A stretch of 56,360 nt of DNA, taken from assembly GCA_963765895.1 (NCBI GenBank), contig CAVXZB010000013.1, forward strand, positions 1 to 56,360, given 5' to 3'. This stretch comes from an uncultured Nitrososphaeraceae archaeon (lineage in GTDB: Archaea > Thermoproteota > Nitrososphaeria > Nitrososphaerales > Nitrososphaeraceae). The notes beneath the pieces were generated by a model, which worked only from the letters and a program-made list of their open reading frames with translations, had not been told where the DNA came from and searched no databases. Positions 34,701 through 46,800 of this stretch are shown one piece after another (positions within the stretch are counted from its first letter, which is position 1; the number at the start of each line of letters is the position of its first letter). Made by a program: the position numbers and the translations under genes.

Positions 34701-35822
34701 CTTTGCAGTATCTTTGGCTTGTAACCATAAATAACGGTAATAAAAGTGATAGACGAGCCCTTTAGCTTACCTATATTATCCCTGAGTCCATTTCAGAGCT
34801 TTAGTCCATTATTTTTAATCTTAATGATATGATCTAACACTATTGTCACTATGGCTAATAGATATCAACACAGTCTCCGCACACAACGTCATTACCGATA
34901 GAATACATCTTATTAAAAGAAAAAGGTTAGGCTATTGTTCTCGTGTATCCCTACAAGAAAAAGAGAGGAGGGTAGTCTCATCTAAAGTGGCTCTATCCAT
35001 GTATAACTTATTTCAACATAGAGGAACTTTCTCAACAAGTCCATGAAGTTAGTCCTTGCCAAGATGAATAACTCTACCCAAAGTAGCCAACTATGACTTT
35101 GTAAAGCTAGAAATAATGGAGGATAGTATCTTAAAGAGTTCTTTTAGTAAAGTTTGAAATTATCTAAGGCGCTGTGAGAATCATCAATTCAGTCAATCAT
35201 GTGCGTGTTACCTTTGTTCTCTGATCTATTTCTTTAAGCTTATTGTCGACCAGATCAGTAGTAGATATCGAAGGATGGAGCGTCATAAAGACCATTAACT
35301 TCAGATATCGTTTTTATCAAGATCTACTTCATTTTTGTTATATCCATATTATGCTCGACCGTTGCTTTCTTTATATCAGGATTGGTAGATAAAGCATCTA
35401 CGAGATTGGTCAACCCTTCTTGATGTGATAAGACCCGCTTGTCGGTTTCTTCAAGAGAATTAATCATATCTTGTGCAGTATTAACAGTTTTTGAATATTT
35501 TTAATATTTATATGTGCTTTAATGAATACTAATATTGCTACTGCAATAGGTAACAAAGCTTCGATCAACACTGCGATTGCCGCTCCGGTTTTTCAAAATT
35601 GCAGACGATATTAAAACCATAAGCCATACTATACTGACATTAATTTTGAATGCCCCAGTTTTAGGCGGCATGAGTTCAACAAGATACCAAAGTATTACTA
35701 ACAGCTCGTATGTTCGCAGCATTAATTCTGATTATTTGAGAGAGTTGTGCCATCTTCTAAACAATTGTTTTGTAGTGTAGCCAGGAAATCATAAATAATT
35801 CTATATTTATTGGGTAGATGAC

Positions 35823-36182
35823 TTGTTGTTAGTAGTTGATGATGATTGTGATATTGCATCTTTAATTAAGATCTGCATTGAAAATATGGGTCTTTCTGTG
35901 TCTTCTTTTACCGATCCCTTGTTAGCCTTAGAAGAGTTTAGAAAGAAACCATCAGATTATGAACTTGTAATCTCAGATATTAGGATGCCTAGTATGAATG
36001 GATATGAGTTTGTAAAACAAGTAAAGAAAATCAACCCAAAAATAAACGTAATACTTATGACTGCTTTTGAAATAGAAGACAAGGAGTTTCACAGTATCTT
36101 GCCATCAATAAAGATAGATGGTTTTCTTCAAAAGCCATTTTCTATGTCCAAGCTAAATGATGTATTAAAGGAAATCAGGTAA
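35823..36182 (+). CDS. Single-domain response regulator
   Basis: VVDDD, SDIRMPSMNG, MTA, QKP. Confidence 0.9.
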   Translation: MLLVVDDDCDIASLIKICIENMGLSVSSFTDPLLALEEFRKKPSDYELVISDIRMPSMNGYEFVKQVKKINPKINVILMTAFEIEDKEFHSILPSIKIDGFLQKPFSMSKLNDVLKEIR

Positions 36183-36225
36183 AATACCTAACTACTATAA
36201 TTAGTCCAATATTGTTTATTGTAAG

Positions 36226-36855
36226 ATGTTTACTCACAGCGTATTATATACAATGATGTCCAATATTTCACTGATGGATTGTATGATACAAGATTTGTTA
36301 GAGAATCATTATGTTAATGAGGCTGTAAATCAGATCATTAAAGCGGAATACTGCTCTCATTATCTAATAGTTTATCCAGATTTGACTACGCTAAGAGAGA
36401 TGTATTCCAAGTATATTCAAAAGCAAATTAACGAAAACAATGAAACTATTCTTATAAATCCATTTTATGAAACTACTGACTCTGTTAGACAAATTCTTTC
36501 AAAAAATGGTATAAATGTATCAAAATATGAAAAAGAGAAAGGACTTGTAATTATCGATTCTCTACAAGAATATTTTGGTTCACAACCGGATATGCTTTTT
36601 AAAAGAAACCTAGTAAATTATGCTAAGCAAACAGGAAAGAATGGTATTTCAATCATAGGTGACATTGGTGCCTATCCTCACAAGTCTAAGCATAATGACC
36701 TTGTTGATTATGAACTATCACTACCAACAGAATTTGATGTTGACATGAAAGGTTTTTGTTTATACCACCAAAAGGATTTTAACAAGTTCTCAGACAAGCA
36801 AAAGCAAGAGTTAATTAAACATCACGGTAAGGCTCTAAAAATAGAAAGTTCTTAA
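36226..36855 (+). CDS. MEDS-domain sensory protein
   Basis: HYLIVYPD, LVIIDS, LVDYELSL, GFCLYH pattern; start may lie downstream. Confidence 0.7.
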   Translation: MFTHSVLYTMMSNISLMDCMIQDLLENHYVNEAVNQIIKAEYCSHYLIVYPDLTTLREMYSKYIQKQINENNETILINPFYETTDSVRQILSKNGINVSKYEKEKGLVIIDSLQEYFGSQPDMLFKRNLVNYAKQTGKNGISIIGDIGAYPHKSKHNDLVDYELSLPTEFDVDMKGFCLYHQKDFNKFSDKQKQELIKHHGKALKIESS

Positions 36856-36993
36856 ACACTGTCCACAAACAGAGATATAATGAACGATGGTTCTAGTATT
36901 CGTCTAGATCAAATAATGGTAACAGGACATGCGTCAGTTCTATGGTGTTATTTCCTCGTGATGACCAACTAGATCCAGATCAGGTGTCTTTCT

Positions 36994-37176
36994 TTATTTA
37001 CACCAGTTCTTACCACAAATACATTTAGGAATTCTATAGAAAGAAGAATCTATCTCAACAAAATCAAACACGTGAGAATAATAGCCTAACCATCTGGAAT
37101 TATCTAGACTAGGAGGATAAAATGGTCCTTGCCAGGCTGAACAACTCCATCCAGAGCAGCCAATATGGTGTTGCAA
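36994..37176 (-). pseudogene. DUF72 N-terminal fragment
   Basis: IGCSGWS..WQGPFYP..YYSHVFDFVEIDSSFYRIP, then truncated. Confidence 0.8.
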
Positions 37177-37463
37177 GTATAATGACGCAGTTTAATATGA
37201 CATAATCTTGGATAAAGATTGTGAAGCTTTTATTATGTTAATCACAACCCGCTAGCACTCAAGCCACATAAGTTGGTTTTCTCAAAGAAGCATCACTATA
37301 TAATTTAAACCCATAGTAACTAACATACTTCGATGTCGATTTATTTCATCATTATAAGCGGCTGAGGATAATATATCTGAAAGCAGCAAAAAAGAAATTC
37401 CTATGAATAAGTCAATAAATGATATAACTAACATACAACAATATTATTTTGCATACATAAGAC

Positions 37464-38344
37464 ATGCGAGGAAATCTTCTTTTGGGTTGTTCTGGTTGGA
37501 ATTATCCCGATACTCCCGATAATGGTGGAGGATGGACCGAGATTTTCTATCCGGATAAATCTACAAAAAGACTACGTTACTACTCTCAATTCTTTGATAC
37601 CGCAGAAATGGATTCTACATTTTATAACAGATTCTATTCCAAAATGACTAAAGGTACTTTCATTGGAATGGCCAAAGCTACTCCTGAGAGATTTCAGTTT
37701 TCTATTAAAGTGCCAGAAACAATCACACATGAGAAAAGATTAGACATAGAAAAGGGTGCTATGGCAGACTTTGAAGATTTCATTGATAAGATATCACCAT
37801 TAGAATCAGCTAATAAGTTAGGAGCAATATTGATTCAATTACCACCAAGCTTTACTGTCAATGATTTTAGAAATATAGAACGTTTTCTTGATAGGCTACC
37901 TAACACCAATAGTAATAATTATGATTATGCAATTGAATTCAGACATCCGTCGTGGAAGACAGAAGGACCTTGGGAAATGTTAAAGCATTATAATATTGCC
38001 CCAGTAATCACAGACTCACCAGCAAAAGAAAATTTGCAATTCTTGTCAGATGTTGTAGTTACTGCAAAAGATCACTCTTTTATTAGGTTTCATGGAAGAA
38101 ATACTAAAAGTCATTATTGGTATAATTATTTGTATTCTAGACAAGAGTTACAACCTTGGATTGAAAAGGTGAACCAAATAAAGAGTCAAACCAAAGTTCT
38201 TAGAGTATATTTTAACAATCATTATGGAGGAAAAGCTGTTGTTAATGCACTACAATTTAAGGAAATGACCGGCACACCTTTAACTGAACTGAATCAAGAG
38301 CATTAGAACATGCAGAGAGTTATCTTTCTAAAGAAACACGATAG
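37464..38344 (+). CDS. DUF72 (YecE-like) protein
   Basis: GCSGW, EMDSTFY, IQLPPSF, AIEFRHPSW, IRFHGR, YFNNH; probable terminal frameshift extending to TAG at 38342-38344. Confidence 0.9.
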
Positions 38345-38793
38345 CAAATATATGGCGTCAAGAGAATAGCGTGGAATAATTTCGCCTGTTCGCCAGTTTT
38401 TATGACTGCATGTGGCATCGGGAAAATCCCAGCGAACTGCAAGATGGCACAAATGACCTCTGGGTACGTGCTGGGCCAGAAGGAAGCAAAAGTAATACAC
38501 GAGTATATCAATAGAACCAACGAATTCCAGTCAAAAAGCATGAACAACGGACAAAAATCTGGCGATCAGCAATAACTGTAATAGAAACAGAAGTCAAGGA
38601 AGATGAAATATGAAATTATCGCCGGCGTACTTGGGAATCATAGCCAATGTCATATTCAACATTCCACACCTCACTTTCAGCTGACTGAATAATCATCCTT
38701 TGATTGTGCTATCATAAGCGACATGGTCATCGGGACAGTCCTGTATCATATTTCATTACTTTCATTGCTTTATGTTATTTCATCATAATGTGC

Positions 38794-39204
38794 TTATGCT
38801 GTTATTTGTCTTCTCTCGAGTTCCTGCAACCTTCCTGTTATAGCCACGAGTTGATCTGACAATTGCGCTATTGCATCATCTTTTACTTTGTCACGCTGTC
38901 TTAGTAATTGATTTAATTCTTCTACTTCTTCTACCTTTGTCTGTATGTCTGCATCCTGTCTTTGTAGATGATGGACATTAAGAAATGTTAGATAAGGCTC
39001 TATCTTACGAAATATTTCAGCTTTTTCTGATCCTTTTTGCGCCAGTATGTAGACCCTGAATGTCCTATAAAATACTGAATAGTCAGCATAACCGAGGTCT
39101 GATATCGTAGTCTTCACAAATCTCCTAAAGGAAGAAAGAGTAGTCTGTTTTCTTCCTTCGTTGCCATCTTCTCTTGTACCTTTACCGTTATGATCTAAAA
39201 TCAT
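38794..39204 (-). pseudogene. C-terminal remnant of a tyrosine integrase/recombinase
   Basis: TLSSFRRFVKT (degenerate HxxR box); an alternate frame gives YFIGHSGSTYWRKK (catalytic H and Y); then EIFRKIEPYLTFL and a coiled coil. N-terminus absent. Confidence 0.75.
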
Positions 39205-39439
39205 GTGAAAGCATTTGGCGCTTAATTAAGGCAAATGATATATGACCTGAAACCTTGAACTAACACAATATAATAAGTATCGATCATTCAGCGGCATCTA
39301 AATTGAAATGCTTAATCTGATAAGTGAATATTCAGAAGAAACTAACCTTATTATAAGTTGATATATTATACTAACTTTATATGCCAAGCTAAGTGCTATA
39401 TGTAATCAATAATTGAAGAACCCCCATCGCCTCTACATG

Positions 39440-39870
39440 TGAAGAAAAACTAGCTGGAGTAGTAGGAACTATGATCTTGACGCTGATTTTCTCTAGAAAG
39501 CAAATATAGAGTCTGTTAATTCATGATTAAACTAGAGTTCTCAATGACTTGGATGAAGGTTTCACAAGATGGCAGAGCTTACAATGTACTATCATCCCTA
39601 GGAAAAGTGATAGATAATCAAGCAAGGCCATCACGAAAGTTAGCATTCTCATTTTACATCTTCTGATATTTTCTCATGCACATGGGATGCGTCAAAGAAA
39701 TGTGCTTGATGATAATGAATGGCCAGGATGGTTTACAAGTTATGAGAAATTGTTTCCTAAAGGGAACGATAAAGGAAATATGGAAATAGATAGAACAAGA
39801 CAAATGGTTCAATCCTGCTTTTCAGAATTTCATAAAGAGAGAAATAATAAATGACTTTCCAAGATCTTAA
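39440..39870 (+). pseudogene. Degraded hypothetical protein
   Basis: Mixed frames give LNDLDE..FHKMAEL..SHAHGMRQRNVLDDNEWPGW..MRNCFLKGTIKEIWK..KWFNPAFQNFIKREI; many stops and indels; boundaries approximate. Confidence 0.45.
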
Positions 39871-40310
39871 GCAGCCAAGGAAATAGACACAACCGGAAGT
39901 TATAAAAATAGTACAAGCTGCTTTCAATTCAAAAGTCCGAATTTAGATATTATTTATTGACGCTATACTGTATAGCAAGCAAATAAAAATATACTATATT
40001 CAGAATTACAAAATATAATAATGCAAAATATTATCCAATAGTTCTAGATATCATCAAATACTGGCAGACAATATACATACACATACCAAGAAGATTACAT
40101 TTACATTTAAGAGATCTAATTAATTAATAGTAAGCCACTATTTCTATGGATATACTAGAGGATTAGATAGATAATACTCGAGGTCTTGTCTTGTCTTGTT
40201 TTATATTTATCTTTTAAATTAGCGAATTTGACACACGTCTGATTGTATAGAGTCCCGCAACTCCTTGAACTGAGGTATATCGAAAATACAAAAGAGTTGT
40301 TGGGTGGTAC

Positions 40311-41360
40311 TCATTTACCAATACTAGTAGTATTACGCCCAAAGAAATTATCAAGCATTTTTATTACCAGGTCTGGTCTCTCTTCTGGGATAAAATGTCC
40401 TGAATTTGGAACTTTGACACCTTGGACATTTTGAGCTAATATCTTCATCCCATACACAATAGTAGGCATAGTAATATTACCCCCAAATGTTGGAATGTAT
40501 CCTCCTCCCAATGCCAGTACAGGCATTGGGAGCTTGGTTTTTGAATAATTCATATTTTGAATCACATCCTGTGGAAAAGCTCTATAATACTCAAATCCCG
40601 CACGCATTCCGCCTGGGGCAGAATAATGGCTGACATATTCATTGATATCTGCCTGAGTTATTGCAGCTGGATTATACACAAGATTATGATAGAACCATGA
40701 TAAATATATCATCTCTTTTCCTTGTACAAGGGCTTCTGGTACATCTGGTGTTTGATGGAATACGCCCCACCATAGTGGCGGTCTTCCGGGAGGTGCGAAA
40801 CCGGGAATCGTTAATTCCATTACTGCTAGCCTCTTTACTTCGGTAGGATGTGCAGCTGCGTAAGAATAGGCTACCTGTGTTCCCCAATCGTGGCCCACTA
40901 GGAAAATTGTTTTAAATCCTAACTTACCAACTAGTTGATGTATATCCTCAGCTACGGTTTTACCATCATAACCAGTTAATGGCTTTGAAGAGTCTCCAAG
41001 GCCTCGAAGATCAGGTGCAACAACAGTATAGTTCTTTGCTAAGGCTGGCATTACTTTATGCCATGCATACCATGTTTCTGGCCATCCGTGTAATAAAACT
41101 ACAGGATCGCCATGTCCTCCAATAACATAGTGCAATTGAATACCATTAACAGTAGCCGTATGATGAGAGAATGTCATGTTATCAATCTTAAAAGAATTAC
41201 CAGTGGACTGTTGTTGCTGTTGTGCCATTGCGGTATGATTTTTGTATAATGCTATTGTACAAACAAACAATATGCCAGTCGCAATTATACCAATTGTAAG
41301 AAACGTTATTGCAGTTATATGATGTGAAGCATGAAATGTGGATTTATTTTTCCAAATCAT
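40311..41360 (-). CDS. Exported alpha/beta hydrolase, epoxide hydrolase/dehalogenase family
   Basis: N-terminal TM segment; HGWPE, DLRGLGDS, GHDWG, YYRA, SGHFIPEE. Confidence 0.9.
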   Translation of the reverse strand: MIWKNKSTFHASHHITAITFLTIGIIATGILFVCTIALYKNHTAMAQQQQQSTGNSFKIDNMTFSHHTATVNGIQLHYVIGGHGDPVVLLHGWPETWYAWHKVMPALAKNYTVVAPDLRGLGDSSKPLTGYDGKTVAEDIHQLVGKLGFKTIFLVGHDWGTQVAYSYAAAHPTEVKRLAVMELTIPGFAPPGRPPLWWGVFHQTPDVPEALVQGKEMIYLSWFYHNLVYNPAAITQADINEYVSHYSAPGGMRAGFEYYRAFPQDVIQNMNYSKTKLPMPVLALGGGYIPTFGGNITMPTIVYGMKILAQNVQGVKVPNSGHFIPEERPDLVIKMLDNFFGRNTTSIGK

Positions 41361-42220
41361 TACTTTGTCTGGTCGTCAGTTTGTTATAAAACTATCTTTT
41401 TGCTCTGCTTTATGATGTATTTTATTTAAAATAGTGTATCTAGTCTAAATGTGATACTTTCACTTTGATGTTGATGCTGTTTTTGTCTACTTCTGTTCCA
41501 TAATATCTGTAACTTTTAGATCCAAATATGATAAATCAGAGTCAAATAAATAAATAATTATTTTCCTGTTATTTTGTTACTGTATCGTCACTTTAGAAAC
41601 AGACGTAACATAGTTGGTAGAAGAAGAAAAACAACAATAACAGCAAAATAATGCCTGCAAGAAAGTGTTTGCTTGGCTCGGGATAAATCTTTAGAAATTG
41701 CTTATCATTGATATGAAAAAGAAAACTACTTACAATGTATAAATATTAGGTGGCCCTGAAAAAATGGCTGATTCCAATTAATAGGGTCTTGTTGTTGTCG
41801 TCTCGTCTCTCAATCTACCCGAAGGTATAGAATTAAAATCCTTTTCCTTTAACATCAATTACAATACTATGAGCAGTGTAGTTGTTATGTATAGCTAAAT
41901 ATACAGCCTTTGTCCATCAATTCTGAAACTACCATTAGATGATAAATTATCGCCCAATGAATTGTCGATTTGAACTCTTATTTCCGGTTTCTAACTCGTC
42001 TGGCCCAGATATGCAGTGTAAAAGATAACCTTTATCATATTTTGGCGTAAGTTCTATTACTATAGTAAAGCGAGCAAGATAGCCTATAATCTATTGAAGA
42101 ATAGAATCGAGGTTTCCTCGTGACTTTAAATTCTGAAATGATAAAAGAGATCATATATGTGGAATGTATTCACCAATGGTACTTAAAAAATAAGAATATC
42201 CAAGCCATGTTAAGGCATAA

Positions 42221-44164
42221 ATGGTATATGGTGTAAGCAAATATGAAATATTGTCACATAATATACCACTTAACATGCAAGGAATTCTCGTAGCACTAAT
42301 AATTTTGTCTACAACGCTATTTGCTAATTTTTGGTTTACAATTGTTCTAGCGTATCCATATAATGTTAAGAGTAACAGTAGTGATAACCAACACAGTTCT
42401 AATTCGGTAGTTGGTTCATCAAATCATGATAACAATTTATTAACATTATATAATATCACTAACAATGTATCTTTCACTGGTGAAGTTAATGTAAGTAACT
42501 TACCGAATCTTCCATCATCAAAACCTGGTGTAATCGTAGATCCGGAGGAACATTACCTTACCAGAAATTACACATCATATATTAATGCAAAGAAGCAAGC
42601 CGAATTGCTAAGACCGGCTAATACACCTACTAGCAGGGTTATTGAGATTCAACACCCTGATCTGCCATTGCTAGTACCTAATTCTAGCAATAATAATTCT
42701 TCTGCCATCATTAAGACACGCTTTCAAGGATTATCACAAGTTTGTTGCATTCCTCCAGACATACAATTGGCTGTTGGTTCAAAATATGTAATGGAAACTG
42801 TAAATTCTGAAGCAGCAATTTATACGAAAACAGGTAGCCTAATAAAGAAATTTGGATTAGAATTTCTGTTTAGTCTTCCATCAAGAGAATCATCTGATAG
42901 TCATAGTATTACTGATCCTGTTCTGTTGTTTGACAGTACTACCAATTACACTGCATCAAACAGCCACATTAATGGGATTAATAATAATGACAATAGAAGA
43001 TGGTTTGTATCAATTTCAGATGTCACTACACATAGTATACGCATTGCAGTATCTAAAACTAATGATCCAACAGTAGTTTGGAGAACATATAATTTTCCAT
43101 TTGAAAATTTGCCAGATAATTGTTCAGATCAACCCTTTATTGCAGTAAGCGATGATAAGCTAGCAATTGGTGTTAACACATGGAGTAACAATTGTAATTG
43201 GTCAAATAATAATGATAACTTAACATCGTCACCAAAATTCAGAGGAGTTCAATTCGTTGTTGCAGATAAACATGATTTACTCGCTGAAGGAGAAATAACG
43301 CATATTAAATCAATGCAATCCGTTCCTAATACAAAATACTTTTCATTGCGACCTGCCTTGATTTTATCGCCTACAACAACCTTATTTTTAGTTACAACTG
43401 ATGATTTTAATCATGATACGGTGCAGATTGTGACTATTGACGGTAAGTTATCTAATTTGCATATTAATAAACCGATTTCTGGCAATATTCATATTACAAG
43501 TATATCCCCTGATGGTATTCAACCAATAATATCTTCTGCAATCAGCAACAACAATAATAATGATAATAGGGGACAACAACAAAATATACGGCAAGAAACG
43601 CTCGCTACTGTGAAAGAAAAACATCCAGAATACTTTGTACATACAGGAGACGCAAGGATGCAAAGTCCAATATGGCATAAGGGAAAGCTTTGGTTTGCAT
43701 TAAATATTGGATGTTCTATTAATGGCGATACCCAAAGTAGATCCTGTATTCGTATAATAGAATTTGATACAAGCACTTCTAAAGTATTACTAGACTTTAA
43801 TATTGGTCATCTAGGTTCTTCACTATATTACCCAGCATTATCAATAGATAAATCTGGAGATAATATGGGAATTATCATTGGATATTCTTCTTCTAATACT
43901 TATCCAAGCCTGTTAGTTAGCTCCATCTCAATCAAAAACAATATTATTTTCAATTCAAAGTATTTTCAATTTCTAAAGGACGGAACTGCAAATTCATTAT
44001 CTACAAGGTATGGAGATTACTTTTCAGCAGTGATGGATCCATCTGAACCAAATAGTTTATGGGTAGCAGGACAGTATTATTACTATTCATCATCCTCCTC
44101 TCCGCTGTTATGGTCAACACATATAGGTAAAATAAATATGAAAAGCAGTAGAAGTTCACAGTAA
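42221..44164 (+). CDS. Large secreted beta-rich protein
   Basis: Intact 647-aa ORF; signal/TM segment; PPDIQLAVG, DPVLLFD, DQP, YYPAL and RYGDY motifs; Asn-rich linkers. Confidence 0.75.
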   Translation: MVYGVSKYEILSHNIPLNMQGILVALIILSTTLFANFWFTIVLAYPYNVKSNSSDNQHSSNSVVGSSNHDNNLLTLYNITNNVSFTGEVNVSNLPNLPSSKPGVIVDPEEHYLTRNYTSYINAKKQAELLRPANTPTSRVIEIQHPDLPLLVPNSSNNNSSAIIKTRFQGLSQVCCIPPDIQLAVGSKYVMETVNSEAAIYTKTGSLIKKFGLEFLFSLPSRESSDSHSITDPVLLFDSTTNYTASNSHINGINNNDNRRWFVSISDVTTHSIRIAVSKTNDPTVVWRTYNFPFENLPDNCSDQPFIAVSDDKLAIGVNTWSNNCNWSNNNDNLTSSPKFRGVQFVVADKHDLLAEGEITHIKSMQSVPNTKYFSLRPALILSPTTTLFLVTTDDFNHDTVQIVTIDGKLSNLHINKPISGNIHITSISPDGIQPIISSAISNNNNNDNRGQQQNIRQETLATVKEKHPEYFVHTGDARMQSPIWHKGKLWFALNIGCSINGDTQSRSCIRIIEFDTSTSKVLLDFNIGHLGSSLYYPALSIDKSGDNMGIIIGYSSSNTYPSLLVSSISIKNNIIFNSKYFQFLKDGTANSLSTRYGDYFSAVMDPSEPNSLWVAGQYYYYSSSSSPLLWSTHIGKINMKSSRSSQ

Positions 44165-44592
44165 AATATATGAGTGTATCACCTTTGAGCTACGGTAGAA
44201 GATATGTATGATAATTCCCGCCGTTTGAATCAAATTTGACTCTATATATCGTGCCCAATATATAGCGAAGGGAAAATTCACTTATACCGATACATACGGT
44301 AATTAGTGTCCGGGGGACTTTATTTTATCAACAACAGACTCTCTTAAGGTCCTAACATTTCAAGGTATGATCCTATTTCTTTAAATGAAGCATGATGGTG
44401 GTCATCCATATGTTTTAGTACTCAAAAATATATATCCATCACCAAGCAGATTGTATTTGTTGCATTTGATTACATACTATAGATCAGTTCCAGAGGTTCT
44501 TTATGACTTTAAAATATCGTCAGTTAATATGTCTTTTTCATATTGATGGGTCCATTAGATATTCATAATCTGATGGTTCTTGTTTTTGATTA

Positions 44593-45734
44593 TTATACAC
44601 AATTTTGTTTATCGTCATCAGCTCCTCGTCCTTGTTCTGACGGTGACATAGCTGCGGGTAAATCTTCTGCTGGTATAGACGGTTTGGACACATTTTCGTT
44701 GACTATATCACACAAGAATCGCTCAGTAAGAAATGTGTAAAGTTTATGCGCTTCGTCTACAAGCATATCAACATAGTTATTCTGTAGTAGATAAGAGTGC
44801 TGTTGTTCTTCTACATGCAACGGCTGATATATATCATGCGAAGAGCATGCAGAGCGAGGATCATATATTGTTGTAGCCATTGATGGTGACGGATAAAAGT
44901 TGTCGTTATGATTAGTGACTAAAGACATGTATTTATCTGGATTATTTCTGATTGATTCGGCTAAAGATAATACCGCCAGTTTTAGTAATGCCTTCTTATC
45001 TGACAAAATCCTAAGTATCTCTTCTTGGATAGTTTTTATGAGTTTGACATATGTAGGGTGGTTATTCTTAAAGTTATTTACAAATGTATGCAGTTTTGTT
45101 GATTGGTATATTAAATCATGGAGTACCGCACTCTCTTTTTCACATTCTGATTTAAAGGTGTCCAGTCTTTTGGACATATGCGTTGTATAGTTGCTTAGAT
45201 CCTGAATCTCTTTACGTTTAATTGGAAGGATTGAGTCCAAGAAATTATTTTCTTCTTGTAGTTCGCCGTATCTATGCTCAACTGATGGCAAATAATTATT
45301 AACGATTCCCAATAAGTTAACTACCTGCGATACGCCCATTTTTGCTCCCTTAGCTTCTTTGCATAGTTCTACGAAATTGGAGGTATCACCTTGGAATTCC
45401 ATATATATCTTGGTAATATTGTCAAGACCAACTAACTTTAAATATTCTCCATAATACGCGGTTGCCTGGGCCTGTCCCAAGTTTAAGTCGATGGTAACCT
45501 CTAATAGTGTCTTGCCTTTAGAGAATGACTCGTAAGCTTGTACAGCCAATGATTTGTGTGCTTGTCTTTTTCTTGAGATGCTTTATCTATAATAGGTTTT
45601 ATGTCACGAGGAGATATTCTTGCTATTTTGGCTATTTCGCTGTATGTCTTGTTCTCCTTGAAATACAAGTCTAAAACAAGCTCGTCTCTTTGCTCTCTAG
45701 TTAATACTCCATTTGGGTTTGTATATGAATACAT
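44593..45734 (-). CDS. N-terminal HTH + coiled-coil protein, frameshift near 45555
   Basis: LTREQRDELVLDLY..KTYSEIAKIARISPRDI HTH joins AVQAYESFSKGKTLLEVTIDL (second HTH-like segment) and a coiled coil. Confidence 0.7.
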
Positions 45735-45782
45735 TAGTTGAGACTATTTATAAAAAATGAGTATATAATAAAAAAGGCATTA

Positions 45783-45891
45783 TTACCATTCCATATCTTA
45801 TATTACCATTCCGTTATCATTTCCACTGCCTTGATATCCTCTCATGATTATGCATTTTCATGTATTACCATATGTTATCGTCTATTATCAT
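45783..45891. repeat. Helically phased degenerate repeat array, period about 10 bp
   Basis: TTAYCAT-like heptamers start at 45783, 45793, 45803, 45814, 45834, 45855, 45865, 45875 and 45885. Confidence 0.7.
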
Positions 45892-46800
45892 GCAATTTTG
45901 GCTGAACTCAAAATATGGGCCTGGCGATGAGAATGAATCGCATAACTAGAGCTGGTCTAGTTCATAATTGGTTAATAAATCAATCAAACTCAAATCCGTG
46001 GATAAGGAAGGGATTTACTTGTGTAAAGTACTTTGGGCATTAACAAGAGCTCAAAAACTACAGCTGGATTCCATCTGATGCTTTAAATTGGCAAGCTTAA
46101 CGGTTGCTCTTGAATAGAAATTTTTGATTGACTTATTCTTGCTATAAATTACTGGTTGCTCGGTTCAAATTTATTGTATTTCTATAGAAATCCAGATTTG
46201 AACATATGCCATGCCATCAATATGGATCCATGTTAAATAAACGACGGTTCAAAAAACAGCTAGATCCAGATGCCTTTTACTTAGCTATACAGGACACATT
46301 CGCAGCTTTTGGTCCACCTTATAGCGTGGCTGATAATAAAATCATACCAAATGGCTATCTTTAGTCTTAATTAGCCATAAACGTAATCTTACGCAGCCAA
46401 GAATATTCTAGCGAACCCACACAAAGCCAATGCAGTAATAAAGAAGAACAAATCACTAGGTATATCTATTGACATACCGAAAGCATCACGCTTATGATAG
46501 GTCTAACGGCACTATCCTGGTTAAAAGTTAACCTTACCCAAAAAAACAGAAAATGGCCACTGTCATGACCCAATTTATACCGCAAAAGACACAAACAAAC
46601 CAGCAAGCTATCCAATTGGAGGTAATTTCCAGGGGGACTTTAGCGATTACATTTAACTCTTGGGGACTCAATGATGTAAGGAATAATACTCCCATGCCAG
46701 TAGTATCATTGTCAAATTAAGAATGAAAAATACCCAAAATAGTGTAAGATAGATTTGATAAATTAATAAAGAGTCTCCATTCTTAACTAACGATGGAACA

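Noticed and set aside
38603-38756. 154-bp segment bounded by an 11-bp inverted repeat, as a MITE
   Set aside because: AT-rich arms, no target duplication, no match to the IS5 ends.
45916-45962. TGGGCCTGGCG as the reverse complement of a tRNA 3' end (att remnant), with a nearby hairpin
   Set aside because: Only about 11 nt; no T-loop or cloverleaf.
46000-46760. Hydrophobic broken frames on the minus strand
   Set aside because: Possibly a membrane-protein relic, but many stops and no assignable family.
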